A stretch of 64,000 bases of DNA, taken from assembly GCA_963762255.1 (NCBI GenBank), contig CAVXKA010000002.1, positions 512,001-576,000 of the forward strand, in the 5' to 3' direction. The DNA comes from Candidatus Eiseniibacteriota bacterium. GTDB taxonomy: Bacteria > Eisenbacteria > RBG-16-71-46 > JABDJR01. Below the pieces are notes generated by a model. It was not told where the DNA came from. It saw only the letters and a list, made by a program, of their open reading frames with translations, and ran no database searches. The stretch's first letter is position 1. Every line of letters starts with the position of its first letter. This document shows positions 1 to 10,210 of the stretch, one piece after another. A program made the position numbers and the translations under genes.

Positions 1-522
1 TGGTAGTCGAGCATGTTGGTCGCGAAGCCGGCGCGCTCGGCCCAGCGCAGGTACATGCGAAGGAGCATCTCCGCCCAGTCCTGGCTCTCGGTGCCGCCCG
101 CGCCGGGGTGGATCGAGACCACGGCGCCCAGCCGGTCGGCGGGATCCGAGAGGAAGGACTGTAGCTCGAGCCGGTCCAGGTCGTGCTCGAGCTGCGATAG
201 TTGTCCCTCGACCTCCTTTTGGGTCACCTCGTCGGCCGCCTCGAGGGCCATGTCATAGAGATCGGCGGCGTCGACGACCAGGCGGGCGGTCTTGGCGAAT
301 CCATCCACCACGGCCTTCGCCGCCTTCAGCTCCTGCACCACCACGCGGGCGTGCTCGGGATCGTCCCAGAAACCGGGGGCGCCCATGCCCATGTTCAGCT
401 CGGCTACGCGCGCGGTCTTGCCCGGAACGTCAAAGATACCCCCGCAGGACTTCGATGCGCTCCCGCATGATCCCCAAGAGGCGGCGAACTTCCGTCGTTT
501 CCAAACCGATGCTCCCTTCCAT
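1..522 (-). CDS. prfB: Peptide chain release factor 2, with programmed +1 frameshift; 3' end runs off the window
   Basis: Manual translation. A short first frame (ATG 522 or TTG 504) ends ...GGG TAT CTT TGA C. The +1 frame reads DVPGKTARVAEL...FWDDPEHA...SIHPGAGGTESQDWAEMLLRMYLRWAER, typical of RF2. Not in the ORF track. Confidence 0.95.
429..443 (-). promoter_or_regulatory. RF2 programmed +1 frameshift site (internal SD-like GGGGG plus CTT TGA C)
   Basis: Minus strand reads GGGGGTATCTTTGAC, the canonical prfB autoregulatory slippery site. Confidence 0.93.
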
Positions 523-552
523 GAGAAACCCCGCCCGAGGGCGGGGAAACAG

Positions 553-1161
553 TCAGCCTTCGCCGCGCGCCCGCCTGCGCAGCCATGCGGCGAGGTCGTC
601 GATGCCGCGTGTGAGGCGATCGAGGTCACCGTCGTTGACGACCACGAAGTCCGCGCGCCGATCGAGTTCGCCTTCGTCCACCTGGAGATCGAGTCGGCGC
701 TCCACGTCTTCGGACGTCAGCCCCTGCGCGAGCAGCCGGCCTCGCCGCACCGACCTGGGCGCGGACACGCCGACGACCAGGTCCACGAAGTCGGGCGGTC
801 CCCATCTTAACAGGAGCGCCGCTTCCAGCACCGCCGCCTCGTGGCCGGCGCCGGCCAGCGCATCGAGGCGCCGGCGCAGTTCGTCGAGGAGCGGCGGGTG
901 CACGAGCGCGTCAAGGGCCTCGCGGCGAGCGCGGTCGGAAAAGACGATCGCTCCCAGGGCGACGCGGTCGATGCCGCCTTCCGCGTCGCGCACGCCGGAC
1001 CCGAAGGTCCGAACGATGCTCTCCGCCAGCGGGCTTCCGGGGCGGTACAGCTCGTGGGCGACCTTGTCGGCATCGATCACCGGGAAGCCCCGCTCGGCGA
1101 GGCCCCGCGCCACCGAGCTCTTCCCCGCGCCCGCCGCGCCCGTGAGACCGACCCGCAGCAT
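553..1161 (-). CDS. coaE: Dephospho-CoA kinase
   Basis: VGLTGAAGAGKS P-loop, IDADKVAH and IDRVALGAIVF motifs; lies directly downstream of polA. Confidence 0.95.
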   Translation of the reverse strand: MLRVGLTGAAGAGKSSVARGLAERGFPVIDADKVAHELYRPGSPLAESIVRTFGSGVRDAEGGIDRVALGAIVFSDRARREALDALVHPPLLDELRRRLDALAGAGHEAAVLEAALLLRWGPPDFVDLVVGVSAPRSVRRGRLLAQGLTSEDVERRLDLQVDEGELDRRADFVVVNDGDLDRLTRGIDDLAAWLRRRARGEG

Positions 1162-1162
1162 G

Positions 1163-3877
1163 TCAGTGAATCTCCGCCCAGTTGGCGCCCACCCCGACGT
1201 TCACCACCACCGGCACGTCGAGGCGGAGCGCACCTTCCATGGTCTCGCGCACAAGCGCGGCCAACGTCTCCGCCTCCTCCGCCGGGGACTCCAGCACGAG
1301 CTCATCGTGAACTTGCAGCAGCAGTCGTCCGCGCAGCCGATCGGCGCGCAGTCGCCGGTCGAGTTCCACCATCGCCACCTTGATGAGATCGGCGGCCGAT
1401 CCCTGGATCGGCGTATTGATGGCGAGGCGCTCCGCCGCCGCCCGCGCCGCCGCGCTCTTCGAGCGAATGGCCGGGATGTACCGGCGCCGGTTGAGCAGCG
1501 TGGTCACGTAGCCGGTCCGCCGCGCGTCCTCGAGAGTGTGGTCCAGGTACCCGACGACGCCGGCATAGGTCCGCTTGTAGGCGTGGATGAACGCGGCGGC
1601 CTCGGCGTTGGGGATCCCGAGCGTGCGCGCCAACCCGTACGGCCCCTGCCCGTAGAGCACGCCGAAGTTCACCGTCTTGGCCTGCGCACGCTGGGTGCCG
1701 GTCACCGCCTCGGGGGGGACCCCGAAGAGCCGGGACGCGGTGTCGCGGTGCACGTCGAGGTCGCGCGCGAATGCGTCCACCAGGGCCGGATCCTTGCTCA
1801 GATGGGCCATGATGCGCAGCTCGATCTGCGAGTAGTCCGCCGAGAGGAGTACCCAGCCCGCCTCCCCCGGCACGAACGCGCGCCGCACTTCCTTGCCGAG
1901 AGGCGTGCGGATGGGGATGTTCTGCAGGTTGGGGTCGGACGAGGAGAGACGCCCCGTCGCCGCCACCGTCTGGTTGAAGGATGCGTGCAGGCGCCCCGTC
2001 TCGGGGTGGATCATCTGCGGCAGCGTATCCACGTAGGTCGACTTGAGCTTGGCCACCAGACGGTAGTCGAGCACCGCCCCCGGCAGGAGGTGTAGGGGGC
2101 GAAGCCCTTCCAGCACCTCGCTGTCGGTCGAGAATCCGGTCTTGGTGCGCTTGCCGTGCGGGAGCGCGAGCCGCACGAAGAGGATGTCGGCAAGCTGCGC
2201 CGGGGAGTTGACGTTGAACTCCGATTCGGCGAGTTCGTGGCAGCGGTGCTCGAGCCGAACCAGCTCCTCCTCCATGCGTCGGCTCATCGCGGCGAGGAAC
2301 GGCACGTCGAGGGCCACCCCGGTGCGCTCCATCTCCTTGAGGACGAGCATGAGCGGCATCTCGACGTCGCGAAAGAGGCTGTCGAGACCGGCCCGTTCGA
2401 GGCGCGGAGCGAGTTCGGCCCGCAGTCGCAGCGTGTAGTCTGCGTCCTCGGCGGCATAGACCGCCGCCGTGCGCGCTTCCACGTCGGCCATGGACCGCTG
2501 CTTGGCGCCCTTCCCGATCAGGTCGGTGATCGGGATCATCGTGTGGTGGAGAAGGTTCTCCGCGAGATCGTCGAGCTTGTGCGAACCCTCCGGATCGACC
2601 AGGTAGGAGGCGATCATGGTGTCGAAATCCGCGCCGGCCACGGTGAAGCCGGCCCGCTCCAGAACCAGAAGGTCGTACTTCGCGTGGTGAAGCGTCTTGC
2701 GGATGGATGCATTCGCCAGGACGGGGCCGAGCACGTCGCGCACCGTCGTCAACGGCAGGGGCGATGCTCCCTGCGCGTGCCCCACGTTCACGTACCATGC
2801 GTCGCCGGGTGCGGTGGCCACAGAGATTCCCACCAGCTCGGCGCGCATCGGATCCACCGAGGTCGTCTCGGTGTCGATCGCGAACTCCTCGGCGCGGGCC
2901 AGCCGGTCGGCGAGGGTGCGCAGCGAGGGCTCGTCGGAAACCAGCGCGTAGCCGTCGGCCGCGGCGAACAGTCCGGCGGGCGGTTCGGCCGGCGGGGCCG
3001 CTCCCCCCAACTCCGCCCGGAGCCGGCGCAGCCCCATGCGCTCCAGGAACTCGAAGAGCGCGGGTCCGCCGGGGCGGCGCGCGCGGAGCGCATCGAGATC
3101 CGGGGCGAGATCGAGGTCGGTCTTGATCGTGACCAGCTCGCGCGCCAGGAACGCGGCGTCGCGGTGTGCGAGGAGCTTCTCGCGCAGGGCCGGCTTGAGG
3201 TCGGCCAGGTGCGCGTACACCCCTTCGATGCTCCCGTAATCGGCGATGAGTTTCCCGGCCGTCTTGGGGCCGATGCCGGGCACGCCGGGAACGTTGTCGC
3301 TCGTGTCCCCCATCAGCGCCAGCACGTCGACCACCTGATGCGGCTCGGTGACGCCGAACTTGTCGGGGATGTCGTCGGGACCCAGCACCTGCGCCTCGAT
3401 CGCGGACGCGCCCCCGCGTCCCGGATTCAGGATGCGCACGTGGGGACCGAGCAATTGGTAGAAGTCCTTGTCGCCGGTCACCGCCACCACATCCAGATCG
3501 GGCCCGGCGAACTGGACCGCGAACGAGCCGATGACGTCGTCCGCCTCCACGCCGTCCATCACGACCAGCGCACACGGCCAGGCCTCGACCAGCTCCATGA
3601 CCCGAGGGATCTGCACACGCAGCTCCTCGGGCATCTCGGCGCGGTTAGCCTTGTACTGGGGGAACTGCAGGTGGCGGAACGTGGGGCCGGGCGGATCGAG
3701 CACGACGGCCAGGTAGTCGGGCTTCTCCTGGACGGCGATGAACTGAAGCATGTTGGCGAAACCGAACACCGCGCCGGTCGGCTCGCCCTCGGAATTGGTG
3801 AGCGCCATCCGCTGCATGGCGAAGAACGCGCGATAGAGGAGCGCGGTTCCGTCGAGGAGAAAGAGCCTCTCGCTCAT
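1163..3877 (-). CDS. polA: DNA polymerase I
   Basis: Start MSERLFLLDG at 3877. Contains the 5'-3' exonuclease (YKANR, EADDVIG, GDTSDNVPGVPGIG), 3'-5' exonuclease (IDTETT, YAAEDAD) and polymerase motifs (ADYSQIELR, QVHDEL). Confidence 0.98.
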   Translation of the reverse strand: MSERLFLLDGTALLYRAFFAMQRMALTNSEGEPTGAVFGFANMLQFIAVQEKPDYLAVVLDPPGPTFRHLQFPQYKANRAEMPEELRVQIPRVMELVEAWPCALVVMDGVEADDVIGSFAVQFAGPDLDVVAVTGDKDFYQLLGPHVRILNPGRGGASAIEAQVLGPDDIPDKFGVTEPHQVVDVLALMGDTSDNVPGVPGIGPKTAGKLIADYGSIEGVYAHLADLKPALREKLLAHRDAAFLARELVTIKTDLDLAPDLDALRARRPGGPALFEFLERMGLRRLRAELGGAAPPAEPPAGLFAAADGYALVSDEPSLRTLADRLARAEEFAIDTETTSVDPMRAELVGISVATAPGDAWYVNVGHAQGASPLPLTTVRDVLGPVLANASIRKTLHHAKYDLLVLERAGFTVAGADFDTMIASYLVDPEGSHKLDDLAENLLHHTMIPITDLIGKGAKQRSMADVEARTAAVYAAEDADYTLRLRAELAPRLERAGLDSLFRDVEMPLMLVLKEMERTGVALDVPFLAAMSRRMEEELVRLEHRCHELAESEFNVNSPAQLADILFVRLALPHGKRTKTGFSTDSEVLEGLRPLHLLPGAVLDYRLVAKLKSTYVDTLPQMIHPETGRLHASFNQTVAATGRLSSSDPNLQNIPIRTPLGKEVRRAFVPGEAGWVLLSADYSQIELRIMAHLSKDPALVDAFARDLDVHRDTASRLFGVPPEAVTGTQRAQAKTVNFGVLYGQGPYGLARTLGIPNAEAAAFIHAYKRTYAGVVGYLDHTLEDARRTGYVTTLLNRRRYIPAIRSKSAAARAAAERLAINTPIQGSAADLIKVAMVELDRRLRADRLRGRLLLQVHDELVLESPAEEAETLAALVRETMEGALRLDVPVVVNVGVGANWAEIH

Positions 3878-3917
3878 GACCCCGCGGGGAGAGCGCAGCG
3901 CTCCCCCGCTCCTCCTT

Positions 3918-4517
3918 TCAAGCCGGGCCGGCCGCGGCGCGATACAGGCCGCGGGCAAGGATGTACTCCTCGACCGGGCCCGGCACGAGATGGCGAATCG
4001 AGAGCCCGCCGGCCACGCGCCGGCGAACCTGGGAGGCAGAGATCGCGAACGGGTTTCCCTCCACGAGCAGGACGCGCCGCGCCAGATCGGGGTCGAGGGA
4101 GGATCGATCAACACCGGGCCGGTCTACCGCGATCACGCGGTACTCGGCCAGGATCCTCTCCGGCTCCCGCCACGTGGGCATCTCCAGGAGGCTGTCGAGG
4201 CCGACGATGAACGCGAGTTGGGCGTCGGGCTGTTCGGCCTTGAGTGCGGCCAACGTGTCGACGGTGTAGCGCGGACCCTTCTCCGCCAGCTCGATCGCGC
4301 TCACGCGGGCACCCGTTTCGGAACGCAGTGCCAGATCGAGCATCGTCAAGCGATCCTCTGCGGGAGCGAGTGCGCCGTCCGTCTTGTGCGGCGGGCGCGC
4401 GGCGGGGACGAAGAGGATCTCATCCAGGCCCGCCGCCTCCGCGGCGAGGAGCCCTATGTGAAGATGCCCCCAGTGGACGGGGTTGAACGATCCCCCGAGC
4501 ACGCCGAGTCGACGCAC
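3918..4517 (-). CDS. nadD: Nicotinate-nucleotide adenylyltransferase
   Basis: GVLGGSFNPVHWGH (HxGH), PPHK, YTVDTL and ISASQVR motifs. GTG start at 4517 lies just after the bamD stop. Confidence 0.95.
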   Translation of the reverse strand: MRRLGVLGGSFNPVHWGHLHIGLLAAEAAGLDEILFVPAARPPHKTDGALAPAEDRLTMLDLALRSETGARVSAIELAEKGPRYTVDTLAALKAEQPDAQLAFIVGLDSLLEMPTWREPERILAEYRVIAVDRPGVDRSSLDPDLARRVLLVEGNPFAISASQVRRRVAGGLSIRHLVPGPVEEYILARGLYRAAAGPA

Positions 4518-4518
4518 G

Positions 4519-5388
4519 TCAGTTCCCGGAGCGTTGGGGGGCGCCGGAGGCGGGCGCCGAGGCCTCGGCGGGGGCCTCCGCACCGTGACGCCGCGCCTCA
4601 TCGATCAGCTCGTCGGCGCTCGCCGCTTCCGGACGCTGAGGATGCTCGCGCTGCAGACGCGCGGCCCATTCCTGGACCTCGGCCCAGTCGCCGGTCTTCC
4701 GGAAGCTCTCGGCCAGCTTCAGCATGGCCTTGGCCGCGACCGGCGTGTCGGCATACTCCACCAGCACCTTATCCCGCAGGTAGAGGCGCGCCGCCGGCTG
4801 CGCGCCCAGCCGGTAGTACAACTCGCCGTTCAGGTACTCCTTCTCGGCGAGCTTGGTCCGGATATCCTCGATGTGGCCCTGCGCGCGCTCGACCAGCGGG
4901 CTCTTCGGATAGCGCACGATGAAGCTGCGAAACTGGGTGAGGGCGGAGATCGTCTCCGTCTGGTCAAGCTGGGGCGAACGCGATTGCGAGAGGAGCGCGA
5001 GCCCCAAGTGATAGGACGCGTCCGCGGCGAAGGGGCTCTCCGGATAATCGGTAAGGATGCGGCGGAAGCGGTCCTCCGCCTCGGGGAAGTTCCCGTCCTC
5101 GTAGTACGCCCGCCCCAGGATGAATATCCCCTCGTCGGCGTACCGGCTCCCGGGATGATCGCCCAGGAACGCCTGCAATTCGAGGACGACCTGGGCGTAG
5201 TCCCCCTTCTCGAACCGCGCGCGAATGGCCTCGAAGCGAGCGTTCTCATCTCCGCCGCGAGGGGCCGGAGCGGAAGCGCACCCGGCGAGCGCGGCCGCGA
5301 GCATCACGGCGGCGAACGCGCGCATGGGAGCGAAGGACCGGGGAGCGACCGGGTGGTGCGGGGATGGACGGAGTTTGTTTAGGGTCAT
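4519..5388 (-). CDS. bamD: Outer membrane protein assembly factor BamD (TPR lipoprotein)
   Basis: Lipobox LAGC, TPR repeats, DQTETISAL..F..FIVRYPKS and KLAEKEY motifs. True start may be ATG 5325. Confidence 0.88.
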   Translation of the reverse strand: MTLNKLRPSPHHPVAPRSFAPMRAFAAVMLAAALAGCASAPAPRGGDENARFEAIRARFEKGDYAQVVLELQAFLGDHPGSRYADEGIFILGRAYYEDGNFPEAEDRFRRILTDYPESPFAADASYHLGLALLSQSRSPQLDQTETISALTQFRSFIVRYPKSPLVERAQGHIEDIRTKLAEKEYLNGELYYRLGAQPAARLYLRDKVLVEYADTPVAAKAMLKLAESFRKTGDWAEVQEWAARLQREHPQRPEAASADELIDEARRHGAEAPAEASAPASGAPQRSGN

Positions 5389-5391
5389 GGA

Positions 5392-6171
5392 TCACTTCTG
5401 GTTCGTGTAGAAAAGATAGATGAGGCCGACCACGATCCCGGTGACCAGCGCCGGTTCGACGAGGGCGCCAAGGCCTCGAGTCTGGAGGACCGGCTTGGCG
5501 AAGGGAAACGTCTTCCCCTCGAGGAGCGGCAGCTTCCCGGCCGGGACCACGTCCATGCGCTCGGCGTCGCCGGTTCCCACCCAGGTCACGTCCTCGCGCC
5601 TCCCTTTGAGAAGGTTGGCGTAGAGGCTCACCGCGGCAAGGCGTTGAACCCGCCGAGAGCCCAGCGGGCTCTTCCGGTGGGATTCGGGATAGAGGATGCC
5701 GAACTCGGCCACGCGGTAGCGCAGCACCAGATCCGCGCGGGGCTCCGCCTGGGTCGGCTCAGCGGTCTTCGCCGTCGCTGCCGTCTTCGCCGTCGCCGCC
5801 GGCGTCGCCGGAACGGTCGCGGTGGAATCGACGACACCCGCCGGCACCTCGGGGCCCACCATCGGCGCTTCCTTGAGGTACGCCGAGTAGCCCCCCTCGG
5901 TGAGCTTGGCCAGAACCAGGTTCTCCACGAACCAGTTCGCCTCGTGATCCGCCGCGGGCTCCACCAGGAGCGTCGCCCCCGCCGGGGCGTTGAAGCCGGC
6001 AAAGAGCTCATCGACCGCGCTGATGGCCGCCTCGGTGAGCATGGCCAGGTTGGTCCGGTAGGACGCCTCGACGGCCTGCCCCAGATCCTGCGCCCCCACC
6101 ACGCCGGCGGCCAGCATGCCCACCAACAGCATTGTCGAAGCAGCAAGTCTCGGTCCCCGGAATCGCATCAT
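5392..6171 (-). CDS. Hypothetical exported protein with C-terminal transmembrane anchor
   Basis: N-terminal signal peptide, Ala/Thr/Pro linker and a C-terminal hydrophobic helix (LVTGIVVGLIYLFY); coupled between rimO and bamD. Confidence 0.8.
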   Translation of the reverse strand: MMRFRGPRLAASTMLLVGMLAAGVVGAQDLGQAVEASYRTNLAMLTEAAISAVDELFAGFNAPAGATLLVEPAADHEANWFVENLVLAKLTEGGYSAYLKEAPMVGPEVPAGVVDSTATVPATPAATAKTAATAKTAEPTQAEPRADLVLRYRVAEFGILYPESHRKSPLGSRRVQRLAAVSLYANLLKGRREDVTWVGTGDAERMDVVPAGKLPLLEGKTFPFAKPVLQTRGLGALVEPALVTGIVVGLIYLFYTNQK

Positions 6172-7547
6172 GAAATCGTCTCCACCACCGCGCCCCCCGA
6201 TCGGGACGACGCGGGCTCGTCACAGACGCCGACGAGATCGTACGCGTCCGCCCCGGTAATCGTCACCCGGTAGAACTCACCCGGCCTAAGTCCGGTTCCC
6301 GCCACTCGGACGCATCCGTCCACCTCGGGGGCTTCGCGCACGCTTCGCCCCCGGGCGGGGTGCCTGCCGGTACCCGGCTTCTCGATGAGCACCTCCAGCG
6401 TTTTGCCGATCTGCTCCCGGTTGACGGCCAGGGAGATGGTCCCCTGCCGGGACAGGACCCGCTTCACCCGCTCCGCGACCGCGCCGGCGGGCACGTGGTC
6501 CGAGAGCTTGGTGGCGGGCGCCGAGTCCTCCGGAGAGAACGGGAACGCCACGAGCTTATCGAAACGCGCCCATTCCAGGAACTCGAGCAGTTCCTCGACA
6601 TGCTCCTCGGTCTCGCCGGGGAAGCCCAAAATCACGTTCGTGCGGAGCGCGATCCCCGGCACGCGCTCGCGTAGCGTGCGCACCAGCCCCACCACCGTCG
6701 CCTTGTCAGTGTGACGTCCCATCTTCTTGAGGAGCGGGTCGGCAATGTGCTGGATAGGCAGATCGGCGTAAGGGACGACCTTGGTGCCCGCGGCCAGAGC
6801 GTCGATGAGCTCTTCCGTCCAGTAGAAGGGATTGGCGTACATGAGCCGGATCCACCGCACCCCGTCCACCGTCTCCAGCTCACGAAGGAGTCGAGCCAGG
6901 ACCGGCGCTCCGTGAAGATCCATCCCGTAGGCGGTGAGATCCTGGGCGATCAGCACCAGTTCCCTCGCCCCGTTCGCGGCGAGGACGCGCGCCTCCTCCA
7001 CGATGTTCTCGACCGAGCGCGAGCGCTGAGGCCCCCGAAGTTGGGGGATGATGCAGAAGGTGCACTTGGCGCCGCACCCCTCCGAGATCTTGAGATAGGG
7101 CGACACCGGCCCCGTGCTCAGCACCCGCGCCGCCGGGTCTCCGTACACCGCATCCACGTCGTCCGCGGTCGCGGAGAAGGCCTTCTTGTCAGGAGCGAGG
7201 AGCCCGTTCACCACGTCGACCACGCGCCCCACATCGCGCGTCCCCATGATGGCGTCGATCTCCGGCAGCTCGCGGAGCAGATCGTCGCGGTAGCGATCGC
7301 TGAGACAGCCGGCCACCACCAGCTTCTGCAGTCGCCCGCGCTTCTTGTAGGACGCCACATCCAGGATGGTGTCGATCGACTCCTGGACCGCGGTCTCGAG
7401 GAACGCACAGGTGTTCACCACCGCGGCGTCGGCTTCGGCGAGGTCCGCGGTGGTGGAGAAGCCCGCGCGATCCAGGCGTCCGAGCATGACCTCGGAGTCG
7501 ACCTGGTTCTTCGGGCACCCCAGGGTGATGAAGGCGATGCGCGTCAT
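6168..7547 (-). CDS. rimO: Ribosomal protein S12 methylthiotransferase RimO
   Basis: LGCPKNQVDSE, NTCAF, YLKISEGCGAKCTFC (CxxxCxxC) and a C-terminal TRAM domain with APEVDG. Confidence 0.96.
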   Translation of the reverse strand: MTRIAFITLGCPKNQVDSEVMLGRLDRAGFSTTADLAEADAAVVNTCAFLETAVQESIDTILDVASYKKRGRLQKLVVAGCLSDRYRDDLLRELPEIDAIMGTRDVGRVVDVVNGLLAPDKKAFSATADDVDAVYGDPAARVLSTGPVSPYLKISEGCGAKCTFCIIPQLRGPQRSRSVENIVEEARVLAANGARELVLIAQDLTAYGMDLHGAPVLARLLRELETVDGVRWIRLMYANPFYWTEELIDALAAGTKVVPYADLPIQHIADPLLKKMGRHTDKATVVGLVRTLRERVPGIALRTNVILGFPGETEEHVEELLEFLEWARFDKLVAFPFSPEDSAPATKLSDHVPAGAVAERVKRVLSRQGTISLAVNREQIGKTLEVLIEKPGTGRHPARGRSVREAPEVDGCVRVAGTGLRPGEFYRVTITGADAYDLVGVCDEPASSRSGGAVVETIS

Positions 7548-7600
7548 GGCGTCCTGTCTCAAGAGGGAGGGCGGGGGCCGGGCGAGATCCCGGCCCCGGA

Positions 7601-10210
7601 TCACTCGTGGATTCCGGCGAGAACGTGCTCGAGGCGGACTTCGTCCACCAGCACTTCGCGGGCCTTGCTCCCATCCTGGGGAGATACCACCCCCGCCTGC
7701 TCGAGCATGTCCACGAGCCGAGCCGCACGAGCATACCCCACCTTGAGCCGCCTCTGTAGGAGCGATGCGGAGGCCTGCCCGGCAACAACGACCAGACGGG
7801 CGGCATCTTCGAAGAGAGCGTCTTCCATGGCCCCACTGGCCGCGGTCTCGGGCTCGGCCAGCGCGTCCTCGAGGTCGGGATGCGCCTGCGCCTCACCCTG
7901 AGCGCGCCAGGCTTCGGCAAGGCGCAGCGTCTCCGTCTCGGACACGAACGCCCCATGCACGCGCAGCGGCGCCGCCTGGCCCGGGGGCAGGTAGAGCATG
8001 TCCCCCTTGCCCAGAAGCGACTCCGCGCCGTTCTGATCCAGGATGGTGCGGCTGTCGGTGCGGGTAGCCACCTGGAAAGCGATCCGCGAGGGGAAATTCG
8101 CCTTGATGACCCCGGTGATGACATCCACCGAGGGACGCTGGGTGGCGATGATGAGATGGATGCCCACGGCGCGCGCGGTCTGGGCGAGTCGCGCGATCGG
8201 TTCCTCGACTTCCTTGCCGCTCGTGATCATGAGGTCGGCGAGTTCGTCCACCAGAACGACGATGTAGGGAAGCTTCTCCTCCCCCTCGTCGATGGGGCCT
8301 TCCTTATCGATCTTCATGTTGTAGGAGAGGATGTTCCGGCAGTTGCGGGCGGAGAGCACCTTGTACCGGCGCTCCATCTCGAGAAGGAGCCACTTGAGGC
8401 TGCGCACCGCGATGCGGGGATCGGTCACGACCTCGGTGAGTAGATGCGGGATTCCGTTGTACATCGGAAGCTCGAGCATCTTGGGATCGATCATGAGCAG
8501 GCGCAGCTCTTCCGGCGTGCGCTTCAGGAGCAGGCTCGTGATGAGCGCGTTCATGCAGACGCTCTTCCCGGAGCCGGTGGTGCCGGCGATGAGGAGATGC
8601 GGCATGCGCGACAACTCGGTGACGACGGGCGCGCCGCCGATGTCCCGGCCGAGGGCGAGCGGGAGCGGGCCGGTCGTTTCCTGAAACGCGCGGGTCTCGA
8701 GCAGGCGGCGCAGGAAGATCGGCGCCGGGTTGCGGTTCGGCACCTCGATGCCCACCGCCGCCTTGCCCGGAATGGGAGCGATGATGCGGATGCGACTCGC
8801 TCGCAGCTTCAACGCGAGATCGTCCTGGCGGTTCAGAATCTGCGCGACCTTCACGCCGGGGCCCGGCACGTATTCGTACCGCGTGATGACGGGACCGGGA
8901 TGCACCTCTCCTACCCTGCCGGTCACGCCGAATTCGCGCAGGGTCTCGGTGAGCGTGCGCGAGTTGTCGAGAAGCTCCTCCTCAGCCACCGGAGGGCCGG
9001 TTTCGGGCACGTCGTCCAGAATCTCGGCGCCGGGAATGACGACCTTGCCGTGCTGCGGCTTGTAGAGCGGTGGCGGGGTATGGGAACCGGGACGCGCCTG
9101 CCGGCGCGCCTCCAATACCGCGTCCTCGACGTCGCGCGTCTCCACATCCGCGCGCTTCCCCCGTGCGATCACCGGGTCGGCGATCTCCGTGCGCCGCGCC
9201 GCTTCGTCGGCGGCGGGATCCACGATGCGCGGAAGCGAGCTGACCGGGGCGGCGTCGGCGGGAGCCGGCGCCGGCGGGTTCATCGCGGCCGGCTTGACCG
9301 GCGCGGCCGCGGTGCCGTTGCCGCCGTCCACGGAAACGCCCGATTCCCACCCGCGGTGAAGCATGTAGCGAGCGGCAGCGACGCTTCCTCGACCCATCGC
9401 GGGCACCGCGACCTGGGCTGCGCGCACCGAGGCGCGTCCGCCCGCATGGAGCCCGCGACCGGTCCGTATGCCGAGCCAGCGCAGAAGCCGCCCGAAGACG
9501 ATGGCGAGCCATCGCAAGGTGCGGCCAAGAGCAATGGCGATCCAGCGCAGGGTGACCCCGAGCGCGAGGGTGAGCCAGCGCAGCGTGCGACCCAGCCCGA
9601 GCAGCAGTGCGCGGCTCAGATTCCCCCACCGGCCGTCCCAGGCCTCGGCCTCGAAGACGCCGAATCCGATCGTGGCTACGCCCAGTACGAGAGCGCCGCC
9701 GACCCCACCGACCGCGTCGCGAACACCGGCCCAGACCGATTCACCCAGGACTCCACCCCACACGGCGGAGCCGGTGGCCGCGGCGACGGCGGCAACCGTG
9801 GACACCAGCGGGATCGCGGCGGCGCTGCGCCACACGAGACGGCGGACGGGATGAGCGAAGGTGCGATTCCATCCCCACGCCAGGCATGCGAGCGGAATCG
9901 CACCGACCGCGATCCACCCGAAGATTCCAAGGAGCAGGGTGGAGGTGAGCACGCCGAGGCTCCCCCCGGCGTTCGCCGCAAGACCGGACAGAGGCCCCGA
10001 CGGGCCGCGCCACTCATCCGCGAACGCTGCGATCTCGTCGGCTCCACCGAAGCGAACGGCGTGCCGCTCCCAGGCGGCGTGATAGGCGCCGGGATGGTAG
10101 GTCAAGAGGGAGACGGTGAGGAAAACACCCAGAGCAAGGAATGCAAGACCCAGCCACCGCGAGGCCCGGGTTCGCCACCACGCCCGGGCCCCCCGTCGCT
10201 TCTGCGCCAT
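7601..10210 (-). CDS. ftsK: DNA translocase FtsK
   Basis: N-terminal TM region; PHLLIAGTTGSGKS, IDPKMLEL, DELADLM and ATQRPSVDVITG motifs; gamma domain LQRRLKVGYARAARL. Confidence 0.97.
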   Translation of the reverse strand: MAQKRRGARAWWRTRASRWLGLAFLALGVFLTVSLLTYHPGAYHAAWERHAVRFGGADEIAAFADEWRGPSGPLSGLAANAGGSLGVLTSTLLLGIFGWIAVGAIPLACLAWGWNRTFAHPVRRLVWRSAAAIPLVSTVAAVAAATGSAVWGGVLGESVWAGVRDAVGGVGGALVLGVATIGFGVFEAEAWDGRWGNLSRALLLGLGRTLRWLTLALGVTLRWIAIALGRTLRWLAIVFGRLLRWLGIRTGRGLHAGGRASVRAAQVAVPAMGRGSVAAARYMLHRGWESGVSVDGGNGTAAAPVKPAAMNPPAPAPADAAPVSSLPRIVDPAADEAARRTEIADPVIARGKRADVETRDVEDAVLEARRQARPGSHTPPPLYKPQHGKVVIPGAEILDDVPETGPPVAEEELLDNSRTLTETLREFGVTGRVGEVHPGPVITRYEYVPGPGVKVAQILNRQDDLALKLRASRIRIIAPIPGKAAVGIEVPNRNPAPIFLRRLLETRAFQETTGPLPLALGRDIGGAPVVTELSRMPHLLIAGTTGSGKSVCMNALITSLLLKRTPEELRLLMIDPKMLELPMYNGIPHLLTEVVTDPRIAVRSLKWLLLEMERRYKVLSARNCRNILSYNMKIDKEGPIDEGEEKLPYIVVLVDELADLMITSGKEVEEPIARLAQTARAVGIHLIIATQRPSVDVITGVIKANFPSRIAFQVATRTDSRTILDQNGAESLLGKGDMLYLPPGQAAPLRVHGAFVSETETLRLAEAWRAQGEAQAHPDLEDALAEPETAASGAMEDALFEDAARLVVVAGQASASLLQRRLKVGYARAARLVDMLEQAGVVSPQDGSKAREVLVDEVRLEHVLAGIHE
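9464..9595 (-). repeat. Four imperfect 33-bp (11-aa) tandem repeats in the FtsK linker
   Basis: LGRTLRWLTLA / LGVTLRWIAIA / LGRTLRWLAIV / FGRLLRWLGIR. Confidence 0.85.

Noticed and set aside
5765-5796. Direct repeat encoding ATAKTA twice
   Set aside because: Ordinary low-complexity Ala/Thr linker.
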